The notes: a model not told the origin generated them from the letters alone. A stretch of 64,000 nt of DNA from Candidatus Bathyarchaeia archaeon (GCA_049521795.1 JBEKOM010000003.1:1-64000), one strand, 5' to 3'. Shown: positions 30,401-40,370, counted from the first letter of the stretch. Numbers and translations: made by a program.

Positions 30401-33400
30401 ATTGAAGGCGTTGTGTAGGTTCCTGTGTTGGCTCTGGTGATGGTGTTCCAGGAGCCGCCGTCGAGATTGTAGCGGTACAGGTTGTTGCGAGACTGGCCGT
30501 TCGAGTTCCAAACGTAGTTGCTTGTTGCCGTGCCAGAAGTCCCGCTGTCAAACCACTGATCGCCTGTCTGCGAACCGGAAACTGAAATGCCATTACCACC
30601 ATTAACAGTGAGATAGTACTGCGTCACAGTGACAAAGTTCACCGTGTGAGCAGCGGACATACTCACGCTTGAAGTGGTCAATGCACCCGTGCTCTGTCTC
30701 GTTGGGTTCTGATTGGCTCCTCCATCGAGGTTCCAATTAGAAACAGCCGACCGAGTTCCTCCTGATGTACCCCAAACCCAACTAGAAGAAACCGTTGTCG
30801 ATTGCGTACTGTCATACCAGTTATCGTTCGTGGGACTAGCAGTCCCGTAGGTTACGCCGTTACCGCCGTTTACCGTCAAAAGATACTGTGTCCTGCTGGC
30901 GTCGGTTACCGAGTGGGCGGCACTCATTGTGATGCTCACTAAAACAGTGCCGCTTGCAGCCCTCGTAACGGTCGTGGTTGAAGAATCAACCGTGTAACTG
31001 TACAGGTTGGTCCTTGTAGTGGAAGAAGCACCCCAAACATTGTTCAGCACGACGGATACAGCTGTGCCACTGTCGTACCAACCGTCACTGGTCTGACTGG
31101 GCGTTACCGAGCTTTCAGAATCAGCGATCGTAGTGTCCGTCAGTTGATATTGATCCGTGGAAACAAATGTAACCGTGTGGTCAGCTGACATGGCCACACT
31201 GGCAGTTGTCAAAGTTCCCGTGTTCGAACGAGAAGGATCTTTGTCTATTCCGTCTAGTTGCCAATTGGTCAAGGCAAAGCGAGAGCCACCACTGGCGCCC
31301 CAAACCCAACTGGATGAAACTGTCGTGCTCGTTCCTGAATCGTACCAGCCGGTATCTCCACCGATGGTTGATGGGGTTCCGTATGAAACACTGTCGCCGC
31401 CATTCACTGTGAGGAAATATTGAGTTGCAGAAGTTGCAGTCACAAACTCGTGACTCGAGATTGCTCCGGAGACCACAGTCACTGTTCCTATTGTGGAAGT
31501 TGGGTTGGCGCCTCCGCCATTCAAAGAGTAGCTGGTTAGCCTGTTCCCAGTGCCGCTGCCTCTGTTCCACACGCCGTTCAAACTTACACTCACAGATGAG
31601 CCTGTGTCGTACCAATAATCGTCTGAACTGACTGTGGGGCTGGTTATGGAGTTTAATGCAGACGTCGAGGTTGAGTCAAGCGTGACTTGATACTGCGTGA
31701 CGGTTGTTGTCGTGATCGCTTGCGAGGAAGAGATTGAAATGGCGCTCAGAACTGTGAAGGTTCCCGTCGTTGACTCGGCATTGTTGGAGCCGCCGTTAAT
31801 CTTGTATCCAGTTACTCTGGTCCCGGATCCTCCAGACCTTCCGTAGACTCCGTGAAGCGTTAGAGTAACCGCTGTGCCTGAATCGTACCAGTAGGTGTCT
31901 CCGCTTACGGTTGAACTTGTGATCGTGTTCAGAGCGGCCGTGGCACCTGAGTCCAAAGTGACCTGATACTGAGACACCGTTGTCACGTGTATCGTATGCG
32001 GCGCGCCCATAGACATAGCGGAGGAGCTGAACGGGCTAACAGTAGATAACGACGTAGCCGTGTTGGAATCCCAGTACCACGAAGTGGAACGCATCGCCGC
32101 GCTGGGCCTGCCAAAAACCCCTAATCCAGTGTACGTTACTGATGTTGCACTATCGTACCAGCCCGTATCTCCCGAGACCGTGGGAGCGGTGATGGAAGAA
32201 AGAGCCGCCGTAGCACCAGAATCCAAAGTAACCTGGTACTGGGTTACAGTCGTTACGTGTATCGTGTGCGAGGCGCTCATGGACATGGCAGAGGAGCTGA
32301 ACGTGCTAACAGTAGATACAGGGGTAGCTGTGTTAGAATCCCAATACCATGAGGTAGAGCGCGTTCCCGTACCAGACGATCTGCTAAACACCCCTAATCC
32401 AGTGTAGGTGACTGATGTGCCGCTATCGTACCAGCCCGTATCTCCCGAAACAGTCGGAGCCGTAATAGAAGAAAGCGCTGCCGTAGCACCGCTGTCAAGG
32501 CTCACCAGGTACTGAGACACCGTGGTTGTTGTTATCGACTGGGCTGAACTTATGCTCAGAGCATTTAACACCGTAAACGTTCCAGCTGTGGTTTCTGAAT
32601 TGCTAGACCCGCTGTTAATCTGGTACCCAGTCACTCTTGTTCCTGTTCCACTGCCTCGGCCATACACTCCGTTAAGAATCAATGTCACACTTGTCCCGCT
32701 GTCGTACCAATAGTTGTCTCCAGATATCGTTGGTGAAGTAAGGCTGGATAATGCGGAAGTGGCTCCTGAATCTAAGTTAACTTGGTATTGTGTGACCGAA
32801 TTGAAGTTGACAGTATGGTAGTTTGTCATTGAAACAGAAGATGTGGTAACTGTTCCTGTTGTGGCTACGGCTGTGTTTGATCCACCGTCCAAGTTCCAAG
32901 AAGACAACCTTATCCCTGAACCGCCAGTTCTGCTCCAAACACCGTTAGAGCTTACAGTCGTCGAAGAGCCTGAGTCGTACCATCCTGTATCGTCGCTGAT
33001 GGTTGATGATGTTCCGTAAGTGACCCCGTAGCCCCCAGACACTGTCAAGAAATATTGAGTCACGGACGTTGAAGTCACAAATTCATGATTTGAAATCGTC
33101 CCAAAAAACACCGTCACGGTTCCAGTGGTAGAAGTCGGATTGTTGCTTCCACCGTTCAAAACGTAGCCCATCAGTCTGTTCCCACTGCCTCCACTTCTGC
33201 CCCATACGCCGTTCAGGACCACGGTCACAGACGTAGTACTGTCATACCAGTAATTGTCAGAGCTGACTGTAGGACTTGTTATGGAGTTTAGTGCAGAAGC
33301 TGCTGTTGAGTCAAGCGTAACTTGGTATTGTGTGGCAATCGTAGTTGTGATTGCTTGCACACCACTGATGGATATGGCGTTCAACACCGTGAAAGTGCCA

Positions 33401-35925
33401 GTTGTCGATTCAGGATTGTTTGTACCGGCGTTGATTTTGTATCCTGTTACCCTGGACCCGGACCCGCCTGAACGACCGTAAACTCCATTCAAGACAAGAG
33501 TAACTGAAGTACTTGAGTCGTACCAGTAGTTGTCGCCAGAAATCGTTGGAGAAGTTATTGAATAGAGGGCAGAAGTTGCTCCTGAGTCCAGTGTGACTTG
33601 GTACTGAGTGGCCGTTGACGTTGTGACGTATTCATGGTTTGAGATGGCAGCATTGAAAACTGTGACCGTGCTGGTTGTGGACACTGGATTGGCTGATCCA
33701 CCGTTAAGGTAGTAGTTGGTCAACCGAGTTCCAGTTCCTGACCCTCGCCCGTAGACTCCGTTCAGAACGATACTAACGGTTGTTCCAGTGTCGTACCAAT
33801 AATTGTCACTAGTAATTGTTGGCAAAGTTATAGATGAAAGTGCATTGGTTGCACCAGTATCCAGTGTAACCTGATATTGTGTTACTATTGTGGTTGTGAC
33901 ATATTCGTGGTTGCTTATCGCACTGTTGAAAGCGTTAAAGGTTCCAGTAGTAGATTCTGGATTATTACTTCCACCGTTTAATTGATAACCTGATATTCTA
34001 ATTCCTGATCCACCACTACGACTGTAGACACCGTTCAAAGTGACGGTTACTGTTGTCCCTGAGTCATACCAATAGTAGTCTGATGAGACAGCCGGAGAAG
34101 TTATAGATGAAAGTGCATTGGTTGCACCAGTATCCAGTGTAACCTGATATTGAGTCACAGCATTAAAGTTCACAGTATGGTAAGTCGTCATTGAAACAGA
34201 AGATGTTGCCACTGTACCTGTACTAGATAAGGCTGTGTTACTGCCACCGTCAAGATTCCACGATTTCGCTCTCTGCCCTGAACCTCCAGAACGACTCCAA
34301 ACACCATAACTACTAACTGTTGTTGAACCTCCTGAATCATACCATTGATCACTTGTTGGCGAAGCGGTGCCAAAAGTAATACTATTCCCTCCTGCTACAT
34401 TCAAGTAGTATTGAGTTGTCGAAACAAAATTGACTGTGTGATAAGTGCTCATTGTTATTGTTGATGTAGTTAGGTTTCCAGTGTTACTTCTTGATGGATT
34501 TTGATTTACAGTGTCAAGTTGCCAGTTTGTTAACGCAGTACGAGTCGAACCTGAAGTGCCATAAATCCAATTTGACGATGCTGTAGTTGTTCCTCCACTA
34601 TCGTACCATCCTTGTCCAGAAGGTGCATTGCCTCCAGATACAGTTAGATAGTATTGCGTCTTGTACGTACCAGTTACGGTCATGCTGCTTGAAATGGTGC
34701 TCAACGGCGAAGTTGCGTTGACGCCGGTCAAAACGTACTGCTTACCTTGAGTGCTTGAGACGGTTGCAGCGTAGCTGAAGGTCAAAGAGTCGCCGCTGGT
34801 AACTGTGGTGATGTTTGGAAGCAGGCTGTAGGTTTTAGTGGTGCTGTTAATGGTGACAACAGTTCCGGAAGCGTCAGAACCTAAACCCGACTGGTTGAAA
34901 GTCACGGAATACGAGGGGGGACCATTAAAGGCATCTGTTACGGCGATCCAGTAGTCGCTTGAATCCAAAGAGAAAGTCGTGGCATAGGTGCCTGAGGATA
35001 AGGTTTGTTTTTCGGCCGCGCATGATGGTGTTTGACTATTGATGCTGCCGATGAGTGTGCCGCTTACCTGAGTAATCGTGTGGCTAGACGCGATTGTTGT
35101 TGCAAAGCTGAGTACCAAGTCGTTTGAACCTGATATTGATGTGGAAACTGTGGGGGTACTTGTGGGGGCGGATGAAGTATCTACATTCTTCGCGTTGCAT
35201 GCCGCGTTCGAATCAAAAGGCGAACTCGGGTTAGCAACTCCAGATACCGCGATGACCGCCATTGCCCAATTGGAGTACCAACTGCCGCTTACGCGAACAT
35301 AATCGTTTGTAAGCTTGCCACTAGAATACGCCCAGTAGCAATATATTTGAGCGAATTGTGACATGTCCCAAAAATAACCCGCCCAAGACTGCCTGAGGTT
35401 CCATGACAAACCAGCGCCGTCAGATATAGTTGGCGAATAATAGTCGCTAACGGCAAAAACATACAATACGTCGCTAGTGCTTTGAGTTGTAATATAGGAT
35501 GTACAGGACATGAGGTGTCCGGCTGCCATGCCGTAGCCGTCAACTCCGAGTGTGCTGTCTGTGAACTTTGTTCTTGCCGTGTTGGTGCCGTCGGTAGCTG
35601 TTACGTTATAAGTTATCTTCTGGACACCTATAGTATGTGTAGCATTGAAGTTCCCGTTGCTATCAGTCCAGATATTGTTCAGAATATGTAAGCTGCCATC
35701 GGGCCAAGTAACATTAACGGTAACTGCTGTGTTGGGCAGGAAGTTGTTGCCATATATGGTCACGATTGACATAGGGGGATAGTCTGACCTGTCTGTCCAG
35801 ATCTTGGGGGCTGCGGAGTTGCCGGGCACTAGAAACACGACGCTGACCGCTGCTGAAGCAACAGTTAATAGAATAGCCAGCACGATCAGTTTGTTGAGTC
35901 TTTTCAATTTCTCTTTAACCCTCAC
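27421..35925 (-). CDS. Giant repeat-containing surface adhesin (2834 aa) with PEF-like C-terminal sorting signal
   Basis: Signal peptide, then about 30 Ser/Thr-rich 80-90-aa repeats starting TQY/KTQW and containing WYD(S/T)G or WVDD. C-terminal InlB-B-like repeats (PGYSFTSW, GFSFLSW) and VVPEN + TM + basic tail. Confidence 0.9.
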   Translation of the reverse strand: MRVKEKLKRLNKLIVLAILLTVASAAVSVVFLVPGNSAAPKIWTDRSDYPPMSIVTIYGNNFLPNTAVTVNVTWPDGSLHILNNIWTDSNGNFNATHTIGVQKITYNVTATDGTNTARTKFTDSTLGVDGYGMAAGHLMSCTSYITTQSTSDVLYVFAVSDYYSPTISDGAGLSWNLRQSWAGYFWDMSQFAQIYCYWAYSSGKLTNDYVRVSGSWYSNWAMAVIAVSGVANPSSPFDSNAACNAKNVDTSSAPTSTPTVSTSISGSNDLVLSFATTIASSHTITQVSGTLIGSINSQTPSCAAEKQTLSSGTYATTFSLDSSDYWIAVTDAFNGPPSYSVTFNQSGLGSDASGTVVTINSTTKTYSLLPNITTVTSGDSLTFSYAATVSSTQGKQYVLTGVNATSPLSTISSSMTVTGTYKTQYYLTVSGGNAPSGQGWYDSGGTTTASSNWIYGTSGSTRTALTNWQLDTVNQNPSRSNTGNLTTSTITMSTYHTVNFVSTTQYYLNVAGGNSITFGTASPTSDQWYDSGGSTTVSSYGVWSRSGGSGQRAKSWNLDGGSNTALSSTGTVATSSVSMTTYHTVNFNAVTQYQVTLDTGATNALSSITSPAVSSDYYWYDSGTTVTVTLNGVYSRSGGSGIRISGYQLNGGSNNPESTTGTFNAFNSAISNHEYVTTTIVTQYQVTLDTGATNALSSITLPTITSDNYWYDTGTTVSIVLNGVYGRGSGTGTRLTNYYLNGGSANPVSTTSTVTVFNAAISNHEYVTTSTATQYQVTLDSGATSALYSITSPTISGDNYWYDSSTSVTLVLNGVYGRSGGSGSRVTGYKINAGTNNPESTTGTFTVLNAISISGVQAITTTIATQYQVTLDSTAASALNSITSPTVSSDNYWYDSTTSVTVVLNGVWGRSGGSGNRLMGYVLNGGSNNPTSTTGTVTVFFGTISNHEFVTSTSVTQYFLTVSGGYGVTYGTSSTISDDTGWYDSGSSTTVSSNGVWSRTGGSGIRLSSWNLDGGSNTAVATTGTVTTSSVSMTNYHTVNFNSVTQYQVNLDSGATSALSSLTSPTISGDNYWYDSGTSVTLILNGVYGRGSGTGTRVTGYQINSGSSNSETTAGTFTVLNALSISSAQSITTTTVSQYLVSLDSGATAALSSITAPTVSGDTGWYDSGTSVTYTGLGVFSRSSGTGTRSTSWYWDSNTATPVSTVSTFSSSAMSMSASHTIHVTTVTQYQVTLDSGATAALSSITAPTVSGDTGWYDSATSVTYTGLGVFGRPSAAMRSTSWYWDSNTATSLSTVSPFSSSAMSMGAPHTIHVTTVSQYQVTLDSGATAALNTITSSTVSGDTYWYDSGTAVTLTLHGVYGRSGGSGTRVTGYKINGGSNNAESTTGTFTVLSAISISSSQAITTTTVTQYQVTLDSTSTSALNSITSPTVSSDDYWYDTGSSVSVSLNGVWNRGSGTGNRLTSYSLNGGGANPTSTIGTVTVVSGAISSHEFVTATSATQYFLTVNGGDSVSYGTPSTIGGDTGWYDSGTSTTVSSSWVWGASGGSRFALTNWQLDGIDKDPSRSNTGTLTTASVAMSADHTVTFVSTDQYQLTDTTIADSESSVTPSQTSDGWYDSGTAVSVVLNNVWGASSTTRTNLYSYTVDSSTTTVTRAASGTVLVSITMSAAHSVTDASRTQYLLTVNGGNGVTYGTASPTNDNWYDSTQSTTVSSSWVWGTSGGTRSAVSNWNLDGGANQNPTRQSTGALTTSSVSMSAAHTVNFVTVTQYYLTVNGGNGISVSGSQTGDQWFDSGTSGTATSNYVWNSNGQSRNNLYRYNLDGGSWNTITRANTGTYTTPSITMSTYHTVNFGDTVQYYLTVTGGNSIGFGTASPTSDQWYDTGTSTTVSSDWVWNTVPSESRSAITNYALDSIDQGPTREYAGTLTTSSVTMSAHHTVAFASATQYYLTVSSTYGNPTGEGWYDGGSSANFGVTTPDSSEAGTRSVFTGWSSIDSGGYTGSEASHSVTMNNPITETAAWKTQYLLTVKTSGLPSPYSTSVSVDGSPVEDDYGVSTINDASSDGWRKWFDASPSSTGSIGVDSPVAGATGTRYAFNDWTDGPDVNPHATLALTGPVTLTVEYKTQFKVSFTETGLDSDASGTVVTIGENAKTYIDLPVTDMWLDSGTTYSYESIVSAGADKQYLRTGVTGPASPIVASGTVNGAYKTQWSVTFSKSGLGSDASGTVLSVSSPSNSYTYSTFPSSAVWVDDGATYTFTDPIGAGSGKQYALTGTPTGVASPVHGTGSVSATYKTQWQVTFSKSGVDSDAGSSTILTVGSTQYTYSTFPSGAIWVDDSSAYSFASTVSVSGGTKQYALTGTSGGLATPITASGSESGSYKTQWSVTFDQSGVSSDAGSNTVLTVGTTDYGQGSLPLSSVWVDDGTTFSYASTVAVSGGTKQYAWTSNTGGLTSPVHAAGTVTGQYKTQWQVAFSKSGVDSDAGSSTILTVGSTTYTYSMFPSSAIWVDDGTAYSYSSTVSAGSGKQYALTGTSGGLDSPISASGSESGSYKTQWQVTFEQTGVGSDAGSNTVLTLGSTDYGQDSLPQTSIWVDDGTTFSFAGTVAAGSGKQYVATGASGGLTSPVHSSDSITENYKTQYHVTFAATGGSTGPSGTNVWEDAGPLGITATPDPGYSFTSWGTSGSITVDYPSLSSATATIDGTGTITATFTQQTYTISVTVFPTAAGSVNANKPGPYHYGDVVKLTESPAVGFSFLSWMGDGSGTGTTRTVTVTGDMAVTANFGPAVYVVPENTVSALLAFAACFAGFGVFYERENLRKLKKNISLRVKQAQRGSSS

Positions 35926-36539
35926 TTCCGTATTGCTTTGATTGTGCCTTCGCGCCCTGACCCTTCGTGATATCGTATCGTGTTGGTTTGACAGCAGCGG
36001 AGAACGTGTTCAACGTTCGAATAGAGTCAACCCTCTCAAGAGCTAGAACATGCAGTCCTTTTTCTCTCCTCATCTCTTCTCTCTCCTTTTCTCCTGTACG
36101 TTTTCCCTGCTTGAAAGGGCGGCCCAGCCGATTGCTAATGTTCGAAGCATGGCGCATTACTTAAAGGCCCATGGAAAAACGTTCTGAAAATTGGCCCCTG
36201 ATCTTCTATAGTAATCTTCCAGCTTTTGCGGTGCTAAGAACCACTTTTCAGCTTAGGCGCAATCTTTCCTTCAAGCACAAGGCCTGGGCTGGTTTCCTAG
36301 CGTACTCGCCTTTTCTCGATTTGGCCGAGCTTTCTGCTGCCGATGAACGTGTCATTTCGGCCTTGTGGAAAAGGAGAGTTTTCTTCTCGGCTCTGCAGGT
36401 CTCCTTCAGCCATAGCACTGATGAAATAATCAATGTTTTGACTCTTTGCTGCTTAACCTCGAGCCGTCTTCTTTGCTTCGCGCGCCTTCTTGCACACAAA
36501 ATGATTTAAACGGTTTGGAAAGACGAAAAAAAGGGATGT

Positions 36540-37634
36540 TTAGGAGCTGAGCTGTTTTGGTCTTCGGAATCTGGGAACCAACAGGTATGAGCCTAAGGCT
36601 GCTATCATCGCAGTTGCCGCAATTATCGTGCCCCATGGAACCTCCGGCACGACGAAATTAGGTAAACTCGATGGTCCAAACGTGCCTATGTACGCTGTGC
36701 GTGAGATCTGGCTGCCACCCTTGCTTATCGTGGCTGGGTTCCAGTAGTAGACAACTGCGCTGTCGCCCTCAGGGTATGTTGTTGTTAGATCTTGACCTAT
36801 GGTTGGTGTGTAACCGTAGGCGGTGCCTTGCACTCCGTACCAGTTTACGTACATCAGTTTGTCTGGTGGTGTTGTCGGCGTTGAGACGCCAAGAGGCCAG
36901 GATGAGCTGACGGAGCCGTACATTGAGTAGGATGGTGGTTTTTGCGGGTTGGTGATTTCCCAGAATTGGAATGTTGGCGAATCCCATTCTGTTTCGAAGT
37001 GGGTCCAGCTTTGAGGAGTCATTGGATCTGTCCAAGGCCTGATGTATGGGCAGTCGTAGCCTGTGTCTGTTATGTAGCCGATTGCAACGTCCCAAAGTTG
37101 TCTGATTCCAACGCTGTGATCGTTGTACGGGTCGTTGTTTTGCACGGTTACCGTGATTTGCACCAGAGAGTCCGCTATCGTTGTGCCTTGAATATTTATG
37201 TACAGGGTTACGAGGAGATTTTCATCGGTTGTCCAGGACACTGTCTCCCAGGTGGGGCCGGAGGCCGTCACATAGCTGTAGTCGTCCAAGTTCTTCACCG
37301 TGTACCCTGGGTCGCCATTTTTGCTGTTGGACGATGTTACGTACTCTGTCTGTGTGTCTGTAACTTGTATCGAAGTGAACGTGGTTCCTGTCTGACCAAC
37401 ATGCCCACCGTAGAGAACATCGTCGTTGGGTGCAGGCGTGTAAGCCCAAAAAGTTCCTATAGTGTAGGTTCCTACGCCGGCAAAGCCTGTATTGTCTTGG
37501 ACTTCGCCCTGCAATATTTCAGCATTGCTGGGGCTCTGAAACCCCGTGGCTTTGACGGGTTTCAGCATGGTTGCAGACATGCCTAAGATTAGTATCAGTA
37601 TCGTGGAAATTAACACTGTTTTTTTGAGAATCAC
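36540..37634 (-). CDS. Secreted surface protein with PEF-CTERM-like signal (VVPEVP)
   Basis: Signal peptide, GIRQLWD and GDSAVVYYWNP motifs, VVPEVPWG + TM + RFRRPK. Confidence 0.85.
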   Translation of the reverse strand: MILKKTVLISTILILILGMSATMLKPVKATGFQSPSNAEILQGEVQDNTGFAGVGTYTIGTFWAYTPAPNDDVLYGGHVGQTGTTFTSIQVTDTQTEYVTSSNSKNGDPGYTVKNLDDYSYVTASGPTWETVSWTTDENLLVTLYINIQGTTIADSLVQITVTVQNNDPYNDHSVGIRQLWDVAIGYITDTGYDCPYIRPWTDPMTPQSWTHFETEWDSPTFQFWEITNPQKPPSYSMYGSVSSSWPLGVSTPTTPPDKLMYVNWYGVQGTAYGYTPTIGQDLTTTYPEGDSAVVYYWNPATISKGGSQISRTAYIGTFGPSSLPNFVVPEVPWGTIIAATAMIAALGSYLLVPRFRRPKQLSS

Positions 37635-37870
37635 GCATTCATTCTCCTTTCTCGCTTATCGGTTGACTTACTAAGAGGTTTAACGATGTTTCCCTCGTAT
37701 AAGGGTTGTGAAACGCAATTATAGAAAAACCAGCACAGTTTTCCATTCCCAGACACATTGACAAAGACAATTCGGGACATACTAGGAGCGCGTTCGCTCG
37801 CAAGAACAGTCAACGCGAAGATATTGGCCGAAGACCCTCACTTCGCGCGCGTGAGGCAGGTTGCAACGCG

Positions 37871-39133
37871 TCAAGAATGAATCAAGGGCACAAAACCGTC
37901 TGTAATCATAATCCAATAACAGCCAGTGGACTGATAATCAAAAGCCGCAGTAGCACCGGAAGGTGCAATTCCCACCGTCTGATACTCGTCTGCTCCCGCG
38001 TCGATGCTATCAAGCTGAGCCCAACCATAGCTAGTCATAGCAGACGGACTATACCCACCGTAGGCGCTTGCTACGATGCCCACTACGGTCTCGTTATTTC
38101 TTGATGTTGTGTAAGAATTGCCAACTGGATATCTGCTTCCGTATCCATTTGAGGTGAACGCGGCTCCGTTGGGTTCTAAAGGTTGGGCAGTTATGTCAGC
38201 GCCGCCGATGGTAAAGGCCAGTATGACCATTCCATAGTTTGAATATGTGCGATAGTCGTTGCTTGAGGTGAAGGTGATCGTTAGAGAAGGAATGTCTACG
38301 GTGGCGATGGCGTACCAGGAGTAGATTTCCGCATCATGACCAGTCCAATGGGCACTGGGATTGTCGCCTGAGATCCTCTTTGTCCAGCTCAGGCGGGGTG
38401 AAAGATTGTCTGAAGGTGTAAGTTGGTTGTTGGCCGCAAGGTTAGGGTAGGGCAGATTAGTTCCCTTGAGAGCTGCTGCGGCGTAGATCACATCGTAAGC
38501 TCTAATGTGTGAAATGGTAACGCTAACCGACGTTGCAGTTGTAGTTTGGTTGACGGCGTGGCTGTCGGAATACGGGTTTGGCGTTTGTGGATTGGCAATT
38601 GCCCATGGTGGGCGGTAGGTTGAAACGCCGGAAGTTGTTCCGCTTGTCGAGTTTGTTATCGAAACTAGGTTGCCTCTGGCGGTCACAAACCAAGCCGTGA
38701 CCTGTGTATCAGTCACTTTTGCGCCGTTGACAACCAAAATCTTGTCAATCTGCGTGCCATTCCAGGGTTGAAGGGCAGTCGACGACAAGACAACGCGATT
38801 GTAACTGTTAGCATTTGCATCATTAGCCCACAGACTTACTATCTGAACAGCGATCGGACCCGTATTGTTAAAAGTACAATTAACTTCAATTTGATTCGCT
38901 CCTGGCTTAATGTAGGCGGTTGAGGTTGCCACTTGTTCCTCGCTGCGGTCAACGTCCATCTGCGCGACTTGGCTCGCGGTGTCTTGAAAAGCAGTGTTCC
39001 GGTCCAGGATAAACATGAAAACGTTGAAGTACAGGAAAAGAACCACGAGAACCATGAATATGGCTGCGATTATGCCCGAATAGCCCCTCCGATTCTTAAA
39101 GAATCGCCTACGGTATCGAGAACGAACCATCAT
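37871..39133 (-). CDS. Type IV pilin-like protein with large C-terminal adhesin domain (minor pilin)
   Basis: Class III signal peptide KNRRG/YSGIIAAIF, NTGP motif and FVTARGN pilin end, followed by an extra ~230-aa domain. Confidence 0.8.
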   Translation of the reverse strand: MMVRSRYRRRFFKNRRGYSGIIAAIFMVLVVLFLYFNVFMFILDRNTAFQDTASQVAQMDVDRSEEQVATSTAYIKPGANQIEVNCTFNNTGPIAVQIVSLWANDANANSYNRVVLSSTALQPWNGTQIDKILVVNGAKVTDTQVTAWFVTARGNLVSITNSTSGTTSGVSTYRPPWAIANPQTPNPYSDSHAVNQTTTATSVSVTISHIRAYDVIYAAAALKGTNLPYPNLAANNQLTPSDNLSPRLSWTKRISGDNPSAHWTGHDAEIYSWYAIATVDIPSLTITFTSSNDYRTYSNYGMVILAFTIGGADITAQPLEPNGAAFTSNGYGSRYPVGNSYTTSRNNETVVGIVASAYGGYSPSAMTSYGWAQLDSIDAGADEYQTVGIAPSGATAAFDYQSTGCYWIMITDGFVPLIHS

Positions 39134-39671
39134 AGTTTCTCCCGCTTGCAGTTACCACACGAACAATGTAAAACGAACCGCTGGAAGTGGAAAACAAGCC
39201 ACTAGGACCAGGCGAAGCCATTGTGACGTTGAAGTACCCATCATTTCCGACGCTGAGCCCCTGACTGTTTGGGATCGCCGAATTGCTCGTTATGTTATAC
39301 AGAGTTAAGCTTGTTTGTGGCGAAACTGGAAAAGTTCCAATAGGCACAGACTGGCTGTTCCAGATGTACATGCGAGCGATGCTCACGTTATTGCTTAACC
39401 CACAGTTAATTATGTAGACACTAAGAGTGCCTAGAGTGCTGTTGAACTTCGAATAGGCTATGTACTCGAAAGCAATCCTCTCGCTTATTGCAGCCTGACT
39501 CTGCGCCACGCTGTTGCTGTACTGCTGGTCGGCTATGGCGCCCCAGGAGCGGGCCCAGTACAACACGGCGATACCGGCCGCGACGACTCCGGCGCTTATT
39601 ATGAGAGTGCTGAGAGCAACGCTAACTGCACGCTTGTCAAACAGGAAACTCCTCAGCTTCTTCGCTCTCAT
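39108..39671 (-). CDS. Archaeal type IV pilin-like protein
   Basis: Class III signal DKRA/VSVALSTL, ERIAFE, YIINCG, VVTASGR. Confidence 0.8.
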   Translation of the reverse strand: MRAKKLRSFLFDKRAVSVALSTLIISAGVVAAGIAVLYWARSWGAIADQQYSNSVAQSQAAISERIAFEYIAYSKFNSTLGTLSVYIINCGLSNNVSIARMYIWNSQSVPIGTFPVSPQTSLTLYNITSNSAIPNSQGLSVGNDGYFNVTMASPGPSGLFSTSSGSFYIVRVVTASGRNYDGSFSIP

Positions 39672-39974
39672 GTTGACACTTCTTTTCTTAGACCTTCTAG
39701 CGCTCAAAGCCTGCAAACGTCTCAAGAACTCAACCCTCCTGCAAGAGACACCTCAACGAGTTTTCCCCTTTCTCTCCTCATCATCGTTCCTACGTCGGCT
39801 GACAACATGCCGGTTGCAAGCCACACATGATTTCGCGCTCTCGCGCCTGCCTTCTCTTCTGTAACTTGTATGGACTGAGACGCTGATTTAAACGGTATGG
39901 AAATAGGGCACAGGTCTTCTATAACATCGTTCTCAATGTTTGGTTCCAACTTCATGTCCTTTTCTCCTCAGCTG

Positions 39975-40370
39975 TCAACGGCCAATACGCTTCTTCAGCC
40001 TCGGGTTGGCACGGACTTTCTTTTCCAGAGCTATCCACTTTGCCTGAGCGAGCTGCACGCCACCGTTAGTCGGCGGCATCGACGCGCGTTCCAAGGCTTG
40101 CCAGTCGGAGATGCAGCTGTCAAGCAATTTGCGCGCTTGCGAGTGCCTGGTGTTTAGCTCATTGTACTGCTCCAGAAACGTCTGGCCTTTCTCGGTGATC
40201 TCATAACCGAAGTGGTTCGGCCTCAGGAACCCGAGGTTCAAGCTCTCCCTCAAGTATTTCTCCAGAAGCGCGAAGCTCAGGTTTGCGTTCTGCATTATCC
40301 GAGTCTTCCTCGCACCCTTGCCCGCCGCGTTCAAAACGTCCGCTAAAATGTTCAACCTTCGACGCTTCAC
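39975..40370 (-). CDS. Archaeal winged-helix regulator (HTH_45-like), paralog of 25998-26366
   Basis: RRRLNILADVL...KTRIMQNANLS...YEITEKGQTFL. Confidence 0.85.
   Translation of the reverse strand: MKRRRLNILADVLNAAGKGARKTRIMQNANLSFALLEKYLRESLNLGFLRPNHFGYEITEKGQTFLEQYNELNTRHSQARKLLDSCISDWQALERASMPPTNGGVQLAQAKWIALEKKVRANPRLKKRIGR

Noticed and set aside
27421-35925. Diversity-generating retroelement acting on the adhesin repeats
   Set aside because: No reverse transcriptase is present. The repeats are in-frame coding duplications, and their differences are not confined to adenines.
35915-36636. ORFs of 65-112 aa between the giant adhesin and the next gene
   Set aside because: Mutually overlapping, with no recognisable motifs or good start signals. 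Treated as leader/intergenic sequence.
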